From a virus (lineage: Duplodnaviria > Caudoviricetes), in IMG/VR virus record IMGVR_UViG_3300042997_001377, positions 1-39,029 of that record: 39,029 nucleotides of DNA; one strand, 5' to 3'. Position numbers and translations under genes: made by a program. Below the pieces are notes generated by a model. It saw only the letters and a program-made list of their open reading frames with translations. It made no database searches and was not told the DNA's origin. The first letter of the stretch is position 1; every line of letters begins with the position of its first letter. Below are positions 36,125 to 39,029 of the stretch, one piece after another.

Positions 36125-36292
36125 TTATTTTTGTATTCTAAATATTTCTAAATCTAAATTCCATTTTTTTTGCAAAAATTCCTTTTGCTTTTTTGGTACT
36201 GACATAGGTAAAGTTACCGATACATCTTCCAAAAAAACTTTTGGTCTACCACCTTTATTCTTTTCCTGGTTTTCGTTTGTTTCTTTTTTCAT
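36125..36292 (-). CDS. Small putative DNA-binding protein (55 aa, GGRPK motif)
   Basis: Manual translation MKKETNENQEKNKGGRPKVFLEDVSVTLPMSVPK... Confidence 0.6.
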   Translation of the reverse strand: MKKETNENQEKNKGGRPKVFLEDVSVTLPMSVPKKQKEFLQKKWNLDLEIFRIQK

Positions 36293-36295
36293 AGT

Positions 36296-36517
36296 TTAAG
36301 TAGTTGTTAAAAATTTTTGTATTTCATTTTCTATTGCATCATTAATATTATCATAGCCTATTAAATTTTCTATATCTTCTCTTTCGGTTACTGTACCAAA
36401 AGCAAATTTATAATGTGTAGTAAATGATAAAATTGTAAAGTGTCCGCTAAAATCACGATTAGATATAAAATCTATAATTTCCTGATTTTTTTTAGTAATC
36501 TTAAATGGTTTTTTCAT
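36296..36517 (-). CDS. Hypothetical protein
   Basis: ORF track; TATATTTG at 36542-36535 upstream. Confidence 0.7.
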   Translation of the reverse strand: MKKPFKITKKNQEIIDFISNRDFSGHFTILSFTTHYKFAFGTVTEREDIENLIGYDNINDAIENEIQKFLTTT

Positions 36518-36580
36518 AGTTTAATTTGTTTTTACAAATATAGTTAATTATTATTAATTATAGCAATTTTATTAAAAACT

Positions 36581-36799
36581 TTATTCTAAATTAAATAATT
36601 CAGTTATATTTTCTACATCTAAAATTTTATTTGAAGTAAAAGATAATATCATAAGAGCTTCATCTATATTTAATTCAATCCAATAATTTTTTGTGGCTAG
36701 TGCTTTTAAACATTTTTTTACAGAAGTTGGAAATTGATTTTTATAATTTTCTAATTTTTCCAAATTTTCTTTTTTCATTTTTTCTAATAATGTTTTCAT
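36581..36799 (-). CDS. Hypothetical protein
   Basis: ORF track. Confidence 0.65.
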   Translation of the reverse strand: MKTLLEKMKKENLEKLENYKNQFPTSVKKCLKALATKNYWIELNIDEALMILSFTSNKILDVENITELFNLE

Positions 36800-36822
36800 A
36801 ATTTTTTAGTTTAAAATTTATA

Positions 36823-37020
36823 TTAATCTCCGCTATCTATTCTATATATAACTTTTACTATTTCATTTTCTTGGATCGCTTCAAAACTATATTCGTTTAA
36901 ACAATTGCCTATATTTTGAGAACTTGCTGAATTATCAATTCTATTTTCTTGCAATTTCTTATATAGTTCTCTATCTTCATTTGACCATCCATTTGCGTAA
37001 CCTAAATTTATTGTTTTCAT
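36823..37020 (-). CDS. Hypothetical protein
   Basis: ORF track. Confidence 0.65.
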   Translation of the reverse strand: MKTINLGYANGWSNEDRELYKKLQENRIDNSASSQNIGNCLNEYSFEAIQENEIVKVIYRIDSGD

Positions 37021-37211
37021 ATTAAATTGTTTTTATAGTTTATAATTTCATTTTTAACTTCATTCCAGTATTTTAAATCTTTATATTCAATAATTTCTAA
37101 TATTTCACTAACTACATTTAATGCAGACAAAATACCTTCTCTTTCAGCTTGATTTGTATTCCAATAAGTAAATTTTTGAATCAGCTGTATTGCTTTTTCT
37201 TGTGTTTTCAT
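37017..37211 (-). CDS. Hypothetical protein
   Basis: KAIQL...V.EIL...YWNEVKNEI motif typical of small Bacteroidota-phage proteins. Confidence 0.7.
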   Translation of the reverse strand: MKTQEKAIQLIQKFTYWNTNQAEREGILSALNVVSEILEIIEYKDLKYWNEVKNEIINYKNNLI

Positions 37212-37229
37212 AATTTTTTAGTTTTTAGT

Positions 37230-37553
37230 TTATAAATTTTTTCCAATTTTATCTTCTAGTAATTTTTGTAATTTTTCTTTGCAGTTTGGTAATAGTTTAC
37301 CTTTTGAGTTATATAAATCGTGTACGTTAATTGCGAAAAGTATAAAATCACATTCACCATGTTCAGGCGGATCAAAATAATTTCCATAAGAAGGTTTCCG
37401 ATATACTTCAACTTCAACTTCAAAATCTACAATAGCAATACAATTATAATCATCATCGTAAATTTCTAAATCTTTGCAATTAATATAGTCGTCAAACCAA
37501 TTATAATTTTCATTACAATAATCGTTTATAGTTTCCAAAATTAAATTTTCCAT
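37230..37553 (-). CDS. Hypothetical acidic protein
   Basis: ORF track; GNYFDPPE. Confidence 0.7.
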   Translation of the reverse strand: MENLILETINDYCNENYNWFDDYINCKDLEIYDDDYNCIAIVDFEVEVEVYRKPSYGNYFDPPEHGECDFILFAINVHDLYNSKGKLLPNCKEKLQKLLEDKIGKNL

Positions 37554-37558
37554 TTTTT

Positions 37559-37678
37559 TTAAATTAAAGTTGATATAATAAGTAATGCAAAAAATAAAAT
37601 TGCTATTCCAACAGCAACTTTTACAGCTGTATTTAATACGTAATCAAGTTCTTTTTTTTCCTGTTTAGTTAGTTTCAT
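37559..37678 (-). CDS. Small single-TM peptide (39 aa)
   Basis: Manual translation MKLTKQEKKELDYVLNTAVKVAVGIAILFFALLIISTLI. Confidence 0.55.
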   Translation of the reverse strand: MKLTKQEKKELDYVLNTAVKVAVGIAILFFALLIISTLI

Positions 37679-37683
37679 TTTAG

Positions 37684-37929
37684 TTAGTTTTTAGCTATAA
37701 AAATTATTTCTTTATAGTCGTTATTAAAAAATCTTTTTTGTTCGTTAGGTAAGCTAAAAACATAGTTAAATTGCATTTTTACTTCCTGGCTTCTATTTTT
37801 AAAACTACTTTGTAAATTTTTAGGAGTTTCAAAGTCTAAATTTTCAAAATTTATATTGGCTACATTTAAACCATTTTTTACACAAAATTTATAGAATTTT
37901 TTTAAGTTTTTTATTTTAGTATTATTCAT
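37684..37929 (-). CDS. Hypothetical protein
   Basis: ORF track. Confidence 0.65.
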   Translation of the reverse strand: MNNTKIKNLKKFYKFCVKNGLNVANINFENLDFETPKNLQSSFKNRSQEVKMQFNYVFSLPNEQKRFFNNDYKEIIFIAKN

Positions 37930-38170
37930 ATTTTTGATTTTTAGTTATTTTTATTGAGTAATGTTTCACACTTTTAAAAAGAAAAAAGAAAAACAAAACA
38001 AGTTTTAGAAGAAAATAAAAAGAAAAAAGAAAAAAGCCCCCCCGAAATTCTTTTATCTTTTTAGATAATTTACACGATCCAATTTATTTACATAAAAAGT
38101 TTACCATTAAATAGCGTTTGGCTTCAGCTAACAAAGAATTTTGCTAACTTGTATTAATTAATAAGAAGTA

Positions 38171-38297
38171 TATATTTGCCATAAAAAAACCCTAATAAGG
38201 CCGGAAAGTTTATTAGGGTAAGCGTTTTTATGGTTTTTAATCAAATTGGCCTACCTTTATCATAAAGGTTTCCGGCCAAAATGATTTTACAAATATA
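38171..38297 (-). promoter_or_regulatory. Promoter with attenuator-like leader (cassette A) and a convergent + strand promoter box
   Basis: TATATTTG on - at 38297-38290 and on + at 38171-38178; terminator stem 38219-38210/38198-38189 plus U-tract. Confidence 0.6.
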
Positions 38298-38324
38298 TAA
38301 ATTTTCTTTTAATACAAACTTTTT

Positions 38325-38471
38325 TTAATTAATTTTTGTAATATATTTTTTTTTAAAGTTCAAAATATTGTTTTCGCCCCAAAAAATAGCTTTGTTTTTA
38401 GCTTCAATTCCTGTAAAAATTAAGACCTGAATCGAGTTTGTTGCATTTTCAAAATAAGTTATTTTGTACAT
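38325..38471 (-). CDS. Hypothetical 48-aa protein
   Basis: Manual translation (MYKITYFEN...). Confidence 0.5.
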   Translation of the reverse strand: MYKITYFENATNSIQVLIFTGIEAKNKAIFWGENNILNFKKKYITKIN

Positions 38472-38488
38472 TTTATAATTTTTTTAAA

Positions 38489-38701
38489 TTAATTAATTTC
38501 AAAATCATAAGGTTCAGAATCTAATCCATAATCAAAAGTTAATCCAAATGGCTCAAATTTTTCTTGCCAATTACTTAATTGCTTATAAGTAAAACCGTTT
38601 GCACCTTTAGTTTGAAACTTTTGCCAAAGTTCTAAAAAACCTTTATTTTCTATTTCTATTTCAAATTCTTGAATATTTGTAAAATCGTCGTTAAGTATCA
38701 T
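38489..38701 (-). CDS. Hypothetical protein
   Basis: ORF track; GLTFDYGLD. Confidence 0.7.
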   Translation of the reverse strand: MILNDDFTNIQEFEIEIENKGFLELWQKFQTKGANGFTYKQLSNWQEKFEPFGLTFDYGLDSEPYDFEIN

Positions 38702-38712
38702 TTTTTTATAGT

Positions 38713-38862
38713 TTAATTAGTTAGTTTATTTATTATTTTTTCAGTTTCTGTATTTATTTTATTCTCATAAAATTTTATTAGTTGATAATCTTTTGGATCA
38801 TTTTGTTTTTTTAATATTGTTAATATTTTTTTTAAGTCGGCTAAAGTGCTAGTATATTTCAT
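38713..38862 (-). CDS. Hypothetical 49-aa protein
   Basis: Manual translation (MKYTSTLADLKK...). Confidence 0.5.
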   Translation of the reverse strand: MKYTSTLADLKKILTILKKQNDPKDYQLIKFYENKINTETEKIINKLTN

Positions 38863-38902
38863 TTTTTTAGTTTTTAAGATTAATATATTAACAGGCTTTT
38901 AT

Positions 38903-39029
38903 TAATTCATTTTGAATTTTAATACTTTCCAGCTCGACAAAATCAATATAATTTTTTACTAAATTTTTATTTTTACTAAATTCATTTGCTACATAACAAA
39001 CTATTTTTAAATCTTTTTCAAAAAGTTTT
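38903..39029. repeat. 127-bp terminal direct repeat, copy 2
   Basis: Identical to 1-127. Confidence 0.95.

Noticed and set aside
38903-39029. Terminal repeat as a biological DTR
   Set aside because: It is exactly 127 bp and falls mid-ORF, which fits an assembler overlap of a circular or permuted genome.
1-39029. Lysogeny module, tRNAs or stop-codon recoding
   Set aside because: No integrase, CI-like repressor, ParA or cloverleaf was recognised; core genes are full length in the standard code and end in TAA, TAG or TGA.

Overview
The window is an apparently complete ~38.9-kb, very AT-rich tailed-phage genome. Bases 1-127 repeat exactly at 38903-39029, and one ORF reads across that junction. 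The likely host is a Bacteroidota/Flavobacteriia bacterium, inferred from TAnnTTTG -7 promoter boxes, A-rich Shine-Dalgarno-less start sites, and DUF3127- and DUF6291-like proteins. The + strand arm (3035-28395) carries terS, terL, a glycosyltransferase, an HK97-type head, a siphovirus tail, lysis genes and accessory genes. The - strand arm (2554 to 1, then 38902 to 28497) carries many tiny early genes, recombination, replication and methyltransferase genes. I recognised no integrase, repressor, tRNA or CRISPR array. The most unusual content is non-coding RNA. (1) A type III hammerhead ribozyme sits at the head of the early operon, behind a ~130-nt structured leader. (2) A promoter-plus-terminator small RNA begins with 17 nt exactly complementary to the start region of the exonuclease gene, and partly to that of the ERF gene. 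(3) Three promoter-leader cassettes have a 5' end complementary to the loop of a downstream hairpin. Together these suggest an RNA-based regulatory layer in a phage with no obvious protein repressor. All family calls are by eye; no searches were run.
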